Shown: positions 8,684-19,316 of the stretch, one piece after another
Layout of the letters: the number at the start of each line of letters is the position of its first letter
Position numbering within the stretch: the stretch's first letter is position 1
IMG/VR virus record: IMGVR_UViG_3300042866_001735
Location: 1 to 34,547 of that record
Strand: one strand, 5' to 3'
Source of the DNA: a virus
Taxonomy: Duplodnaviria > Caudoviricetes
DNA length: 34,547 nt
Program-made: the position numbers and the translations under genes
Notes under the pieces: model-generated
Databases searched by the model: none
Told to the model about the DNA's origin: nothing
The model's input: the letters and a program-made list of their open reading frames with translations, nothing else

Positions 8684-9451
8684 ATGTCACAAAATTTTGA
8701 TTATTACTGTTTCCCTTCAGTTGCTGCTGGTGCTACTGCTACCACTGACGCTGTAAACAAAGGTGGTTATCTGAACTTCAGCGGAGCTAATACACTTGCT
8801 ATTACTCCTGCTGCTCTGAGAAACTTCCCCATCTACCTGTTAGGCGTTAAGAATGGTACTTACAAAGCTTATGCTGCTGAAGTATTGCGTGTTGTTGTTG
8901 TTACTCCTACTGCTGTAAATAATACCGATTATCGTGTAGTATTGAGCGCAGAAAAAGGACAAACCTTTGACAACAACTTGCCTCAAGAAATTCAGGCTGT
9001 ATTCCAGTACACTTCTACTGCTAGTGCTACTCGTTTGGCCATTGTTAACGCTTTCGTAGCTGCTATCAATGCTCATCCTTTCTGGACCACTCGTGTAGTT
9101 GCTACTCAAACTGGCGGTGCAGGTACTGAAACCTTGACTGTTACTGCTAAAGCTGGCTTCCCAATCTTTGCTTTGGGTGTTGGTGCTAACCTGAGTGTTT
9201 CTGTAAGTACCGCTGGTTCACCCCAGATCGGTGCTACCGGTGCTCAGCTGTTGGCTACTGGCTACTTCAACAGCACTGTTGGTTTGCCTGTTGCTGGTAC
9301 TAACTACAGCGCACTGATTTTCGAAAGCTACAGCGGAACTGAAGCTGTTGCAAGCGGAACCGGTGACACTGAGAAGAGCATCATCTACATCGTAGACGGT
9401 GGTAACAACGCTAACTTGATTACTGCTTTATCAAGCTTATTGGTTAAGTAA
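8684..9451 (+). CDS. Abundant virion structural protein (auxiliary capsid/decoration-like)
   Basis: 255 aa, A/T/G/V-rich, with the same strong codon bias as the capsid gene. Co-transcribed up to the terminator at 9469. Confidence 0.65.
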   Translation: MSQNFDYYCFPSVAAGATATTDAVNKGGYLNFSGANTLAITPAALRNFPIYLLGVKNGTYKAYAAEVLRVVVVTPTAVNNTDYRVVLSAEKGQTFDNNLPQEIQAVFQYTSTASATRLAIVNAFVAAINAHPFWTTRVVATQTGGAGTETLTVTAKAGFPIFALGVGANLSVSVSTAGSPQIGATGAQLLATGYFNSTVGLPVAGTNYSALIFESYSGTEAVASGTGDTEKSIIYIVDGGNNANLITALSSLLVK

Positions 9452-9468
9452 TTAGCCTTTTCTTAAAG

Positions 9469-9499
9469 AAGGGGGAGAATAAAATCTCCCTCTTTTTTT
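9469..9499 (+). terminator. Rho-independent terminator
   Basis: AAGGGGGAGA-ataaaa-TCTCCCTCTT stem followed by a T-run. Confidence 0.85.
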
Positions 9500-9540
9500 G
9501 TTTTTCCGATTAAAATAATTTATATTTGTAAAAAGATATT

Positions 9541-10407
9541 ATGAGAATAAAAGCACAGATTATCCCTCAGCGTACCCGTGGTAGTGTTACCATCGTAGGT
9601 TCGTACCGTGACAAAAAGACAGATAAGGAAAAGTATCTGTTGGCGAGCGGTAAAAAAGTTGTCCTTTCTTTGGACGAAAAAGAACGTGTTTATCAACACA
9701 CATTTGAATCCGGTTATCCTGTAACCTTTACTTTGGATGATGCTGATTTTCAGGACTTGAGCGTAATCGAGTTTTGGAAGAATCATCCTTTGGTAAAAAC
9801 AGAAGGCTACGAGAATCCAAACTTTGTTTCGGAGCAGTTTGTTTTTGAAATCAAAGAAGAAAGAATTCGTGTTGAATACGATGCTCTTGTAAGCAAGTTG
9901 GTTTGCGTTGAGCAAGTTAGTAAAATGACCGATAGAGAAAGAAGAGACTTGACTTTTGCTTTGGGCTCAGATCCTCGCAATATGTCAGACAAAGAAGTAT
10001 ATCTGCATCTGATTGGTCTTACTCTTTCCGGTATTGCTATTGCCAAAAGAGATTTGGTAAGCAATTATCTCTCAGTTCGTTCAAATGAAAGAGTTGCTAC
10101 CATCTACGCAAACAAAGCTATCTCTTACGGCATCGTTAAGAAAGAAGGTTCTGTTTACAAGATCGGAGGCCGAAACGCAGGCATCAGTATTGACGCAGTT
10201 ATCTCTTTGATTTTGAGCGACAACGATATGTTCGAAAATTACATCAAACCCGAAGTGGATAAACATGATGCAATCGAGCATAAGAATGTTGAAACTGTAG
10301 ATGAACTGAATCTGCCTCAAGAAATCGTTGATCTTCTTCCTGTGACTACTTCTATCGATAAGAAAGAAGCTAGGAAAACCGGAAAGAGAAAAGAGAACGA
10401 AGAATAA
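9541..10407 (+). CDS. Conserved crAss-like virion/cargo protein
   Basis: 288 aa. C-terminal KAISYGIVKKEGSVYKIGG motif and position after the capsid genes resemble the conserved crAss-like post-capsid gene. Own promoter box TATATTTG at 9521-9528. Confidence 0.55.
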   Translation: MRIKAQIIPQRTRGSVTIVGSYRDKKTDKEKYLLASGKKVVLSLDEKERVYQHTFESGYPVTFTLDDADFQDLSVIEFWKNHPLVKTEGYENPNFVSEQFVFEIKEERIRVEYDALVSKLVCVEQVSKMTDRERRDLTFALGSDPRNMSDKEVYLHLIGLTLSGIAIAKRDLVSNYLSVRSNERVATIYANKAISYGIVKKEGSVYKIGGRNAGISIDAVISLILSDNDMFENYIKPEVDKHDAIEHKNVETVDELNLPQEIVDLLPVTTSIDKKEARKTGKRKENEE

Positions 10408-10434
10408 AAAATAGTTTTCTAGGTTATAAAAATT

Positions 10435-10459
10435 GGGCAGTTTATTCTGCCCTTTTTTT
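10435..10459 (+). terminator. Rho-independent terminator
   Basis: GGGCAG-tttatt-CTGCCC followed by T7. Confidence 0.85.
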
Positions 10460-10489
10460 ATTTAGCATATTTTTTGTATCTTTGAATAA

Positions 10490-11314
10490 ATGACTGGTGC
10501 ACAATTTTGGTCATATCTTCAGCAGAAAATTGACAAGGCTTATTCGGCATATCTAGATAATGCCAAAGCCAATTCTCTAATTAAGGAGGCGATGTCACGT
10601 ATTGTTGATAGGTACTGGCATAATATTTCTTTTGAGATTGAGGCTGACGAGATGATTGGTTTTCAGTTGAAAGACAAAACCTTCACTCCTGTTGCTGGTG
10701 TTTATATATTGAACGCCAACGCTACAACGCCTACTCCACCTGTAAATGAAATTCCTTTCTATATGCACATGATGCGTGTGCTTGGAAAGTTCGAACAGAA
10801 TTTGACTGTGACTGCTAGCGGAAATACTCTGACGAGTGTAAATCATCCATTGAGAAAGGGCTCTACCATTCGTTTAGGAGTTACCAACTATACTGTAAGT
10901 AAGGTGGATGGAGATACTTTCCAGGCAAAAGATTCAGGTGGAAACTTTGCAACTACACCTGGAACTTATGTATATTTTTACGATAGAGAAATAAGGCAGA
11001 TGTCTTCTACTCGCAAGGGTGGTTCTTTTCACAAGGCGAGCATTATTACTCCTCGTTATGAATTTATAAATAACGGAACTAGTCAGAACAGAATGATGAA
11101 AGTAACTCCGGCAGCTACTTCTATTACTGTGGATTACATTCGTACTGCTCCGTATACTATAGATGTTGCAAACAGCGTAATACTGCTGACGGATTATTAT
11201 TCTGAAAAGTTTTTGTATCGTCTGTTGGATGAATGTGCTCTTGCTTTCGCTGCTTCAAGTCACGACTATCCGGCAAAACAATCAGCAGCTCAAGATATAA
11301 TTAATAACCCATGA
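10490..11314 (+). CDS. Head-tail adaptor / ring protein
   Basis: 274 aa with helical N- and C-termini flanking a beta core (ITVDYIRTAP), as in podoviral adaptor proteins. Synteny. Confidence 0.6.
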   Translation: MTGAQFWSYLQQKIDKAYSAYLDNAKANSLIKEAMSRIVDRYWHNISFEIEADEMIGFQLKDKTFTPVAGVYILNANATTPTPPVNEIPFYMHMMRVLGKFEQNLTVTASGNTLTSVNHPLRKGSTIRLGVTNYTVSKVDGDTFQAKDSGGNFATTPGTYVYFYDREIRQMSSTRKGGSFHKASIITPRYEFINNGTSQNRMMKVTPAATSITVDYIRTAPYTIDVANSVILLTDYYSEKFLYRLLDECALAFAASSHDYPAKQSAAQDIINNP

Positions 11315-11940
11315 TTTACTTAGCAGAAATAGTAGACGAGATAAAAAGCGATTTGTTAAGTGGTATGACTTACAATGAGTCTCGTTTTGACGATGAATAT
11401 ATCGAAGTTAAGATTCATGCTGCCAGGGCTCATCTTATTGCAGCATATCTCAAGAAAATGGGCAAATTTATCAATGATGCCTGGGTTCAGACTCTTGATA
11501 TTAGTTTTGAGGAGAGAGATAAGAACTGTGAGTTTGTAACATTCGAGTGTCCTAATGTAATTAGCACCGATGGAATGAATGATGGTTTTGTATACGTTGG
11601 CCACGCCAATGGTCTGAAACCATTCACAAGGATTCGCAAGGGTTTTACTACTTTGACTCGACACTCAATATTCCTGAGGAAGAAGGATATTCTGTGGGAT
11701 TTTAAACACTTGGATCAGAATCGTCTGGTGTTGCAGTTTTATAACAACTCGAAACTGGAGTATATTATGGTGCGTGCGATGTTTAACAATCCTACCACTA
11801 TTCCAAATTTCAATAAAGATACTGACCACTACCCGGTGGATGAGAACTTGAAACATGATATTGTGCAGTTGGTGACTCAAGATCTGTTTAGAAAAACAAG
11901 TCGTCCCGTGCAGAACGGTACAACCAATATTCCTGAATAA
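11311..11940 (+). CDS. Neck ring / tail tubular protein
   Basis: 209 aa. IMVRAMFNNP...YPVD motif resembles crAss-like ring proteins. ATGA overlap with the previous gene. Confidence 0.6.
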   Translation: MIYLAEIVDEIKSDLLSGMTYNESRFDDEYIEVKIHAARAHLIAAYLKKMGKFINDAWVQTLDISFEERDKNCEFVTFECPNVISTDGMNDGFVYVGHANGLKPFTRIRKGFTTLTRHSIFLRKKDILWDFKHLDQNRLVLQFYNNSKLEYIMVRAMFNNPTTIPNFNKDTDHYPVDENLKHDIVQLVTQDLFRKTSRPVQNGTTNIPE

Positions 11941-12437
11941 TGAAAATAGAAGACATTATAGCAGCAGCAGCCGAAGAATTAAATTGTTCCTATGAGAATA
12001 ATGCTTTGTGGTTTGAGGTTCTTGTAAACCAAGCCATTCGGTCTCATAAAACAATGAATAAGTATATTCAGAAGAGTAAGAATCTTACTATAACTGATTC
12101 AAAAGCTACGCTGCCTTCTGATTGGTTCAAAGTAATTCGTGTTACATTGTGCAATACAAATGAGCACTATTGCCCAGATATAGATTACACCATCCAGGAG
12201 GACACTATTATTTTTGATGCTGCCATAGGTATGGCTGATGGCACAAGAATTGTTTTCCATTACTACGGCCTAAACACTGACAAAGACGATAACATAATCA
12301 TTCCTGATGATTGGGAGCGTATGCTCGTTGCTTACATCGGTTGGAAATATACTCGTAGGTATATCAACGATTTTGGTATGGGAGTAATGCAGAACTATCA
12401 AAGGGAATACCAAACACAAAAACTCGCTAACGTATAA
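11940..12437 (+). CDS. Neck ring / tail tubular protein
   Basis: 165 aa. ATLPSDW and VFHYYG...IIIPDDWERMLVAYI fit the adaptor/ring fold pattern. Confidence 0.6.
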   Translation: MKIEDIIAAAAEELNCSYENNALWFEVLVNQAIRSHKTMNKYIQKSKNLTITDSKATLPSDWFKVIRVTLCNTNEHYCPDIDYTIQEDTIIFDAAIGMADGTRIVFHYYGLNTDKDDNIIIPDDWERMLVAYIGWKYTRRYINDFGMGVMQNYQREYQTQKLANV

Positions 12438-15400
12438 TGCAGGTAAGAGTAACACCTTCAGGAAATTTAGATAAAGATACCGAATTGGTTTATGTGAACC
12501 AAGGTAACTATGTTGATGCCAATGATATTCGCCATCGTCACACTGGTGATCAGAACTTTGGCGGTATTATGTCTGTATTGGGCAATAAGAATGTAATAGT
12601 AGCAACCGATGACGCTGGAGCTACGGTTGATTATATTCCAGGCTACACGACAAAGACAAAGATTTACCGGGTTTATTTTGATTTAAATCCGTTAATAAGT
12701 CTTTCGACAGCGGCAAATGTTGGTGTTATCACTTTAGTTCGTTCTGATGGTACTCCGTTTTCTTCCGGCAACATTTCTATAAGTTCAACCAATCCTGTAA
12801 CATATTCAAATACTCTTAGAACTCAAATTGAATTATTAAGAGTTGCTGCTGGTTATGGTTTACCATTTACGTTTGGACCTTTGGTTCCTAGTGGAACAAA
12901 TATATATTATTTTACTGTAACACTTAATCCTGCTACAGATACAGATTATGTTTTCGAAATTGAAAATATTACTTCTTCTTTGTGTAGTTTTAAAGTAGAA
13001 CAAGAATATATTGGTACAGCGGGCACATTTACAGTTGTGGGTTCTCAGCAATTAGATGATTATTTATTTTTGTGGTTAGCTGGTTCTAACGTGCTTGGTA
13101 ATTTTTCTGAAGTAAGTGAGATAGGGGTTTTATCAAAAGGGACTGGTGTAAATCAGGGAAAATACTTATACAAAAGATTATTACGTGCTAAACAATTAGG
13201 TCTTTCGCAGAGCAAGAGAGTTGAGGCCGAAATAGAAAAGATTGGGACTCAGATAAATTTCTATTGGACCGATGGTAATAATAAACCAAGGGCAATATAT
13301 CTAAAGACTTCGAATCTGCAAGTTCTTGATGGTTTCTTATTTACTACCGGTGGTAGATATGAATACGAAACAATTGATCAGGAAACATCTTTCTTTTATC
13401 GTAATCCTTCTGCATATATCGATGAAATTAGAGTTGTTGAGGGAGAAGGATTTTTGTCGGCAGGAAACAAAAGATACACAGGTCGTTTTCTGACAGAGGA
13501 TTTAATTGGTACAGATTTTTTATATCCAACAGGATTAATTAATTTATATAGTGCTGTACAGACAAAACCTTCTTTAATTGCTGGAGATGCTGTCAACGTA
13601 ATCACAGGTAAATCTGTGAGAATGAAAGTAAGAAATTTTACTCCTGGTGTATATAAATTTTTCGAATTGGTTGCTATAGAATACGAAGGAGAAGTATTTT
13701 CATCCAAAATAGTACAGCGTTTCAAAATAGAAAATCAACAAACAGAATTAGACTTGGTACATAATAACCAAGGCCAAGAAAATATACCCCTGTCAATTAA
13801 TGAATTAGTCGCTATTACTTCTAAATATCTTACAGTAAAAACTTTGAAGATATTTGATAATAGAATGACAATGAGTAATTTGACCGAACAAATTGATTAC
13901 GATTTGACCGCTTGGAGTTCTCAAATAACTCATTCCGTTACACAAAAATATATAACTAGTGTAGGTAGAAGCGGTTCGTCTTTTTCTCATTCAACTCCTA
14001 ATTATAGATTTGGAGAATATCAAGATCCTCAAAACGTATTGAACAATACAGGATACATGATAAATGATACCTATCGTTTTGGTATTCAGGTTCAATGGAA
14101 AAGCACTGGTAAGTGGAGTGCGCCTTATTGGGTAGATGATGTACGTATTGATGATTTAGATTATAATATTGATTTAGGTAGTTCGAGGAGAGATATACGC
14201 AATAGAGTTATAGGCGGTGTAGATGTAGTAAATAATAGGATTCTTATCACTAATCATGGCTATGAAGATGGCGATGAAATACGCTTTACCATAACATCAG
14301 GTTTGGCTGGTTTGGTAATGAATGCAACTTATTTTGTTATTAATTCTACTCCTAATAATTTTCAAGTCACAAGTGATTATTATGGGTCTCAGATTATACA
14401 ACCTCTTATAAGCGCAGGAACAGGAAGTGTGCGCTTGGCAAAAATAGATCCTAATTTAACTAATACAACTGCTACATTAACAAAAGTATATTACCCCAAA
14501 TTTCACAATATAGATTTAGATTATCTTGTTGATACAGATGGTAGCGGATTAGGAGACACGCCCATTCGTGATTTGATTGTAGGCTATCGTTTTGTTCGTG
14601 CAGAAAGAATACCGGAAGTATTAGCAACGGGTTTCTTTTTCACATCGAGTTTGGTGGGTGGAACTAGTTGGACTTCAAGAATTACAAATCTATGGCAACA
14701 AAAAAGTATTAGAACACCAGTGCCCGGTGGTCTTGGTGGATCTCAAAGATTGTTTTTCTATTCGCCTGATTTGTATTTCGGAAAGAATTATGAATTTAGC
14801 ACTGCTGATAGACTCAAAATACTTTTACCATATGATGTAAACTATGAAACACAAATTCGTGGTGTTGCACAAGCTTTTGGATTTTCTTCTTATAGCGATA
14901 CAATCGGATATTTTGGTGATCAGATTAATTTTCCGTACAACTATGTTGATTATTCTTTAATATCGCATATTTCTTTGGATACAGGAAATCAAGGAAATAT
15001 GGACGGAGAAAATTACACGTTAGCTGATGGTGTAGGTTTGCAATATAGTTGTGAAGTTTTCAAATTGACCACGCCTGTAGCAGCACTTGGTGCTCCATAC
15101 AATGCAAATGAATTTGGTAATCATTACGGACAAATATTCAGAAATTTAGGTGCTAATAAAAAATATCCAATAAATAAAGAACAAACGGTTTATCAATCTA
15201 CTGGTCATATTGCTTATTTGTCTGTTGGACAAAATGGAGTAGTAGATAATGTAAGGATTTTTGGTGGAGACGTGTTCAGCCAAAAATCGCATATGCTTAT
15301 GAGATTGCAGCCGTGGAATAATCCTTTACAAGGTTATGGTGTCGGTTTTTCTTTTTATTCTCAAAATGCTTTAAACACGCAGATGTTTAATGTTATAGAG

Positions 15401-16894
15401 CAGAGTGGTGATTTTAATGGTCCAGGAAATGTTTATCCTCAGCTCACAGAAAAAACATATGGGGGTACATATCCTAAAGGTAGTTGGGCATCTGGTGCTT
15501 TGTATTGGTGTGAACAATGGCCTGAAGTATCAAAACAACAAGACTATAATGATGCATATACACCAAAAGACGGAACAATAATAGAGTTGGGGTATGATCC
15601 AAATTCTACTTACACTGGTGAGGTTCCAAACAGAATTATTTGGTCAGCAAAAAAAGTGATTGGGTCTCAGAAAGATAACTATCGTTTCTTCCAACCTCTA
15701 GACTTTGCTGATTTAGATTTAACTTTAGGTCCTATTACACATCATGATATAATTGACAATAATTTTTATACGTGGCAACCATTCTCTTTCCAAAGACAAT
15801 ACTTCCGGGATGCAACTTATTCTAACGCTTCGGCTGGTAGTGATGTTGTTGTAGGTAGTGGTAGCATATTAGGTAATCGTGGTCAGCAAATTAGTTCCAT
15901 TGGTCTTTTTGGAAAATGGCAGTTTGTTAAAGGTAAGACAAACACTGGAAAAGATACTGCTTATTGGTATAATGAGCTGAACAAAAAGATGATGCGTTTT
16001 GGCCAGGATGGTGTAAGAGTTATAAGCGATAGGGGTTTTGTTAGTTTCTTGAATAATAATACCGAATGGGCCTCAGGTAAATATAATCCCCTCACAGGAC
16101 AGGGCATACACGGAGTATGGAATGATAAATACTCAGAAGCCATATTTACGTTCAAAGGATACAATAGCAATATCCCATATTGGGAAACAACTGTTACTTA
16201 CAATGTAGGAGACTACGTATACATTACTCCAATTGGTACGTACACACATTCTTCAGGATTACCTTACTTCTATAAGTGTAAGCTAGCTCATACAGCAGCA
16301 GTTGGAAATAAACCTGAGACCGGAGCATCATGGCAAACTTATTGGACCAAAGTTACTCCCGGTACTGACTCGTATACAACAAATTGTTTTACTTTGGTAT
16401 ATGATGAGTTAAAGAATGGATTTGTTTCTTTCCACTCTTATTGGCCCAATATTTTCTTGAAGTACAATAATATTTACTACTCACCCAAACCAACTGATCA
16501 GAAATATTTGTGGTTGCATGACGTAGGTCCTGAGTCCGATTACTATGGTTCTTTCGTGGCTCCGAATATTACCGCAGTAATGAACTATGATCCTGACTTA
16601 ATTAAGAATTTCGAAGCTATTTTGGTTAACTCAGATAAAACACCTTTCAATACTGATTTCACAACTAAGAATCACATTTCTAATTTGGATGAAACAGAAT
16701 TCGAATTGAGAGAAGACTTGTGGTATAGCCCCATAAAGAATGATACTACCAATACTTTGGTAAATAATGGAGACACAAGTCGTTTGTGGGGATACTGGTT
16801 GAAAGTAAAAATGAGTCTTGAATCTACCGGAGGACAGAAGATTAAAAACTTTATAATTAAGTTCCGTCCGAGTCCACGTTTGTATAATCAATAA
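12437..16894 (+). CDS. Tail stabilisation / muzzle (nozzle) protein with inserted accessory domains
   Basis: 1485 aa, beta-rich. N-terminal GNLDKD...YVDANDIR, FYWTDGNNKPR, YRFGIQ, FGGDVF and C-terminal SRLWGYWLKVKM motifs fit crAss-like muzzle (P22 gp10-analogous) proteins. Confidence 0.75.
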   Translation: MQVRVTPSGNLDKDTELVYVNQGNYVDANDIRHRHTGDQNFGGIMSVLGNKNVIVATDDAGATVDYIPGYTTKTKIYRVYFDLNPLISLSTAANVGVITLVRSDGTPFSSGNISISSTNPVTYSNTLRTQIELLRVAAGYGLPFTFGPLVPSGTNIYYFTVTLNPATDTDYVFEIENITSSLCSFKVEQEYIGTAGTFTVVGSQQLDDYLFLWLAGSNVLGNFSEVSEIGVLSKGTGVNQGKYLYKRLLRAKQLGLSQSKRVEAEIEKIGTQINFYWTDGNNKPRAIYLKTSNLQVLDGFLFTTGGRYEYETIDQETSFFYRNPSAYIDEIRVVEGEGFLSAGNKRYTGRFLTEDLIGTDFLYPTGLINLYSAVQTKPSLIAGDAVNVITGKSVRMKVRNFTPGVYKFFELVAIEYEGEVFSSKIVQRFKIENQQTELDLVHNNQGQENIPLSINELVAITSKYLTVKTLKIFDNRMTMSNLTEQIDYDLTAWSSQITHSVTQKYITSVGRSGSSFSHSTPNYRFGEYQDPQNVLNNTGYMINDTYRFGIQVQWKSTGKWSAPYWVDDVRIDDLDYNIDLGSSRRDIRNRVIGGVDVVNNRILITNHGYEDGDEIRFTITSGLAGLVMNATYFVINSTPNNFQVTSDYYGSQIIQPLISAGTGSVRLAKIDPNLTNTTATLTKVYYPKFHNIDLDYLVDTDGSGLGDTPIRDLIVGYRFVRAERIPEVLATGFFFTSSLVGGTSWTSRITNLWQQKSIRTPVPGGLGGSQRLFFYSPDLYFGKNYEFSTADRLKILLPYDVNYETQIRGVAQAFGFSSYSDTIGYFGDQINFPYNYVDYSLISHISLDTGNQGNMDGENYTLADGVGLQYSCEVFKLTTPVAALGAPYNANEFGNHYGQIFRNLGANKKYPINKEQTVYQSTGHIAYLSVGQNGVVDNVRIFGGDVFSQKSHMLMRLQPWNNPLQGYGVGFSFYSQNALNTQMFNVIEQSGDFNGPGNVYPQLTEKTYGGTYPKGSWASGALYWCEQWPEVSKQQDYNDAYTPKDGTIIELGYDPNSTYTGEVPNRIIWSAKKVIGSQKDNYRFFQPLDFADLDLTLGPITHHDIIDNNFYTWQPFSFQRQYFRDATYSNASAGSDVVVGSGSILGNRGQQISSIGLFGKWQFVKGKTNTGKDTAYWYNELNKKMMRFGQDGVRVISDRGFVSFLNNNTEWASGKYNPLTGQGIHGVWNDKYSEAIFTFKGYNSNIPYWETTVTYNVGDYVYITPIGTYTHSSGLPYFYKCKLAHTAAVGNKPETGASWQTYWTKVTPGTDSYTTNCFTLVYDELKNGFVSFHSYWPNIFLKYNNIYYSPKPTDQKYLWLHDVGPESDYYGSFVAPNITAVMNYDPDLIKNFEAILVNSDKTPFNTDFTTKNHISNLDETEFELREDLWYSPIKNDTTNTLVNNGDTSRLWGYWLKVKMSLESTGGQKIKNFIIKFRPSPRLYNQ

Positions 16895-16914
16895 AAAAAG
16901 TATAAATTTGTAAT

Positions 16915-17772
16915 ATGGATCCATTTACTATAGCAGCGATGGCAGCACAAGGCGGTTCTGCTTTGTATCGCCTAATTAAAGCACAACAAGGTTTAGATGC
17001 AGTTAAGAAACAAAGGATGCCTAGTTTAATGGAAGCCATGGCTCCTTTGCAGGAAAACCGCAGACTTTATGAACAACAATTCAGACAAGGGTTGACTCCT
17101 GCAACAAGAAATTTAGCACAGCAGCAATTTGCTGCTACTCAGTTAGGTCAACAAAGAGCTGCTGCTGATTTATCAGGAGGACAGATGTCTTCTGCTTTAT
17201 CTCGTTTAGGTGCGCTGAATACTGGTCAATTTGCACTTGGTCTTGGGGCTCAGAATGAAGCAGCTCAAAGAGCAGGTATGGTAGGAATGATAGGAGCAAA
17301 TCAAGGTATATCAGCACTACAAAGAGCAGATGCAGCACAGCGTTTACAACAGCGTTTGGAATTGGAACGACAATTAGGTTTGGGTTTTCAACAGGCTGGT
17401 CAAGATATTGTTGGTGCTTTTGGAGGATTGGCCATGTCTCAGATGCAACAGAAAAATGCTGAAGCGAATCGTCAAATGTATAGAGATTTATATGGTAATA
17501 AAACTGCACCAACCACTGATGCAACAAAAACTTCTCCTATGACTCCTTCTACTTCTTTTGAAGGATTAACAGGTAGAACAGCTGGAATGTATCCAACAGG
17601 TAGTTCTGAGCTAAGCATTGGGGCTCCGACAATTTCTAGCAGAAGTTTTCCGTCTCTTGGTCCTGATCTCATGAGCGGAATAGGAACATATCCAGGAGAA
17701 GAATATAATTACGATTTAGGTTTACCTACTTTAAGAACAAGATACTCTACACCAAAAACTCGTTTTAGATAA
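16915..17772 (+). CDS. Putative internal virion / DNA ejection protein
   Basis: 285 aa, A/Q/G/M-rich, with a MDPFTIAAMAAQGGSAL hydrophobic N-terminus typical of podoviral ejection proteins. Lies after the nozzle gene. Confidence 0.6.
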   Translation: MDPFTIAAMAAQGGSALYRLIKAQQGLDAVKKQRMPSLMEAMAPLQENRRLYEQQFRQGLTPATRNLAQQQFAATQLGQQRAAADLSGGQMSSALSRLGALNTGQFALGLGAQNEAAQRAGMVGMIGANQGISALQRADAAQRLQQRLELERQLGLGFQQAGQDIVGAFGGLAMSQMQQKNAEANRQMYRDLYGNKTAPTTDATKTSPMTPSTSFEGLTGRTAGMYPTGSSELSIGAPTISSRSFPSLGPDLMSGIGTYPGEEYNYDLGLPTLRTRYSTPKTRFR

Positions 17773-17775
17773 TTT

Positions 17776-19266
17776 ATGGCAGAACAACCATCATTAGGTG
17801 GAGCGATTGCTCTACAAGGCAGAAACAGAATAGCTGAAGAGCTAGGTAAGATGCAATTCCAAATGGGCCAAAAAGAGGCCGATAGACTTGCTAAAAAAGG
17901 TTTAGAAGATGCCAAAAGAATTGCTGAGATAGAACAAAAATTTGCTATTCCCAAAGGTCAGTATCATCGCTTAGTTCTGCCCGAAATTCAAAAAACACAG
18001 GCTGTTTATTTGGATAAGGTAAAAGATTTGAAGGCGCAACGTCCAAACAATTGGCAAAACGAAATACAAAATTTGTCGAATCAATATGTTGGTGAAATGG
18101 AAAAGTTTGAAACATTGTCAAAAGATTTCAACGATTACGATACTAGAACTGCTAGCATAGATAAAGGCAATACTTACTTTTCTAAAGAATGGAATAAGTT
18201 TAATACTGCATACGAAAACGCACAGACTTTAGATGATTTCAAGACTAAATTAGGACAGAGTGGTTTTGATCCAACAAAGGCAAGTGATTTTATTGTTCGT
18301 CCTAATGGTTCAATATCTTACAGTCCATTTACTAATCAAAAACCTCTTGAAACTCTAGTAAGCCAAATAGAGAAATTTGATGGTGTTAAAGTTGGTTCAA
18401 AAACATCTAGAGATCAATTTGGTAATCTTGTAACTGAAGATATTAAATTAAGACCTTTAACATATGAGGAAGCCGACAAGATCAAAAATGATCCTGCGTT
18501 AGCTGGTTTATATTCAAATGTTGCTCAATTGCCGAGCATTGAAGCTACACTAGATTCAATCATAGAAACAAATCCTTATTTTGCTATTCAGTATGCTGAT
18601 CAAAGGAATTTGCCTTTGCGTAGAAATGCTGATGGTACATATGCTCAAGAAGATGTAGATGTAATCAAAAAGGATTTGTTGCAAAAAGTGCAGAACATGA
18701 GAGAGCCAAAAACAGGTAGAAGTGTTACGTTTGCTCCTCGTGGAACAAATGTTACTGTCAATGTTGGCGAAAGAGAAGAGGGAGAAATGGCCAGACCTGT
18801 TTATAACTATGGTAGAATTAAAAGTATAATGAGTGCTCCTAATTCTGCTTATAGATTAGGGGAATTGAATGTCTCATACGAAAAAGAAATGCCGAGTGTT
18901 CAAGTGGCACAAGGTGAAGTGTTTGATGACAATTTTAAATCCTTTACAGCAAGAACTCTTAATAAAGTTAAGCCTGATGGTGTATTAATATTGGCTGTTG
19001 ATAAAAACGGAAATCCAATATCATCTGTCGGAAGAACACAGGATGATAAAGCAAAAGTTGCTGGAGCTGATGTATTTATTCGTTTGAAGGCCGGAACCAA
19101 TGCTATTTATTATCAGAAATTAGATAATTATACAAATCTGACATCACAATATGGCACACCTAAAGGTAAAAAAGATGTGCTTGATCAGATGATAAAAGAG
19201 ATGATTCAGAAGGCTACGGCATACGATGCAAATGTCCAAAGCATTAAAGATCAAATCAAAGACTAA
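17776..19266 (+). CDS. Putative internal virion / ejection protein
   Basis: 496 aa with a helical N-terminal half. Middle gene of a small-medium-giant trio, as in T7 gp14-15-16 or P22 gp7-20-16. Confidence 0.55.
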   Translation: MAEQPSLGGAIALQGRNRIAEELGKMQFQMGQKEADRLAKKGLEDAKRIAEIEQKFAIPKGQYHRLVLPEIQKTQAVYLDKVKDLKAQRPNNWQNEIQNLSNQYVGEMEKFETLSKDFNDYDTRTASIDKGNTYFSKEWNKFNTAYENAQTLDDFKTKLGQSGFDPTKASDFIVRPNGSISYSPFTNQKPLETLVSQIEKFDGVKVGSKTSRDQFGNLVTEDIKLRPLTYEEADKIKNDPALAGLYSNVAQLPSIEATLDSIIETNPYFAIQYADQRNLPLRRNADGTYAQEDVDVIKKDLLQKVQNMREPKTGRSVTFAPRGTNVTVNVGEREEGEMARPVYNYGRIKSIMSAPNSAYRLGELNVSYEKEMPSVQVAQGEVFDDNFKSFTARTLNKVKPDGVLILAVDKNGNPISSVGRTQDDKAKVAGADVFIRLKAGTNAIYYQKLDNYTNLTSQYGTPKGKKDVLDQMIKEMIQKATAYDANVQSIKDQIKD

Positions 19267-19316
19267 AGTTCACCACAACTCTCTTTTTATTAAAAATTTT
19301 TTATTATCTTTGAATA

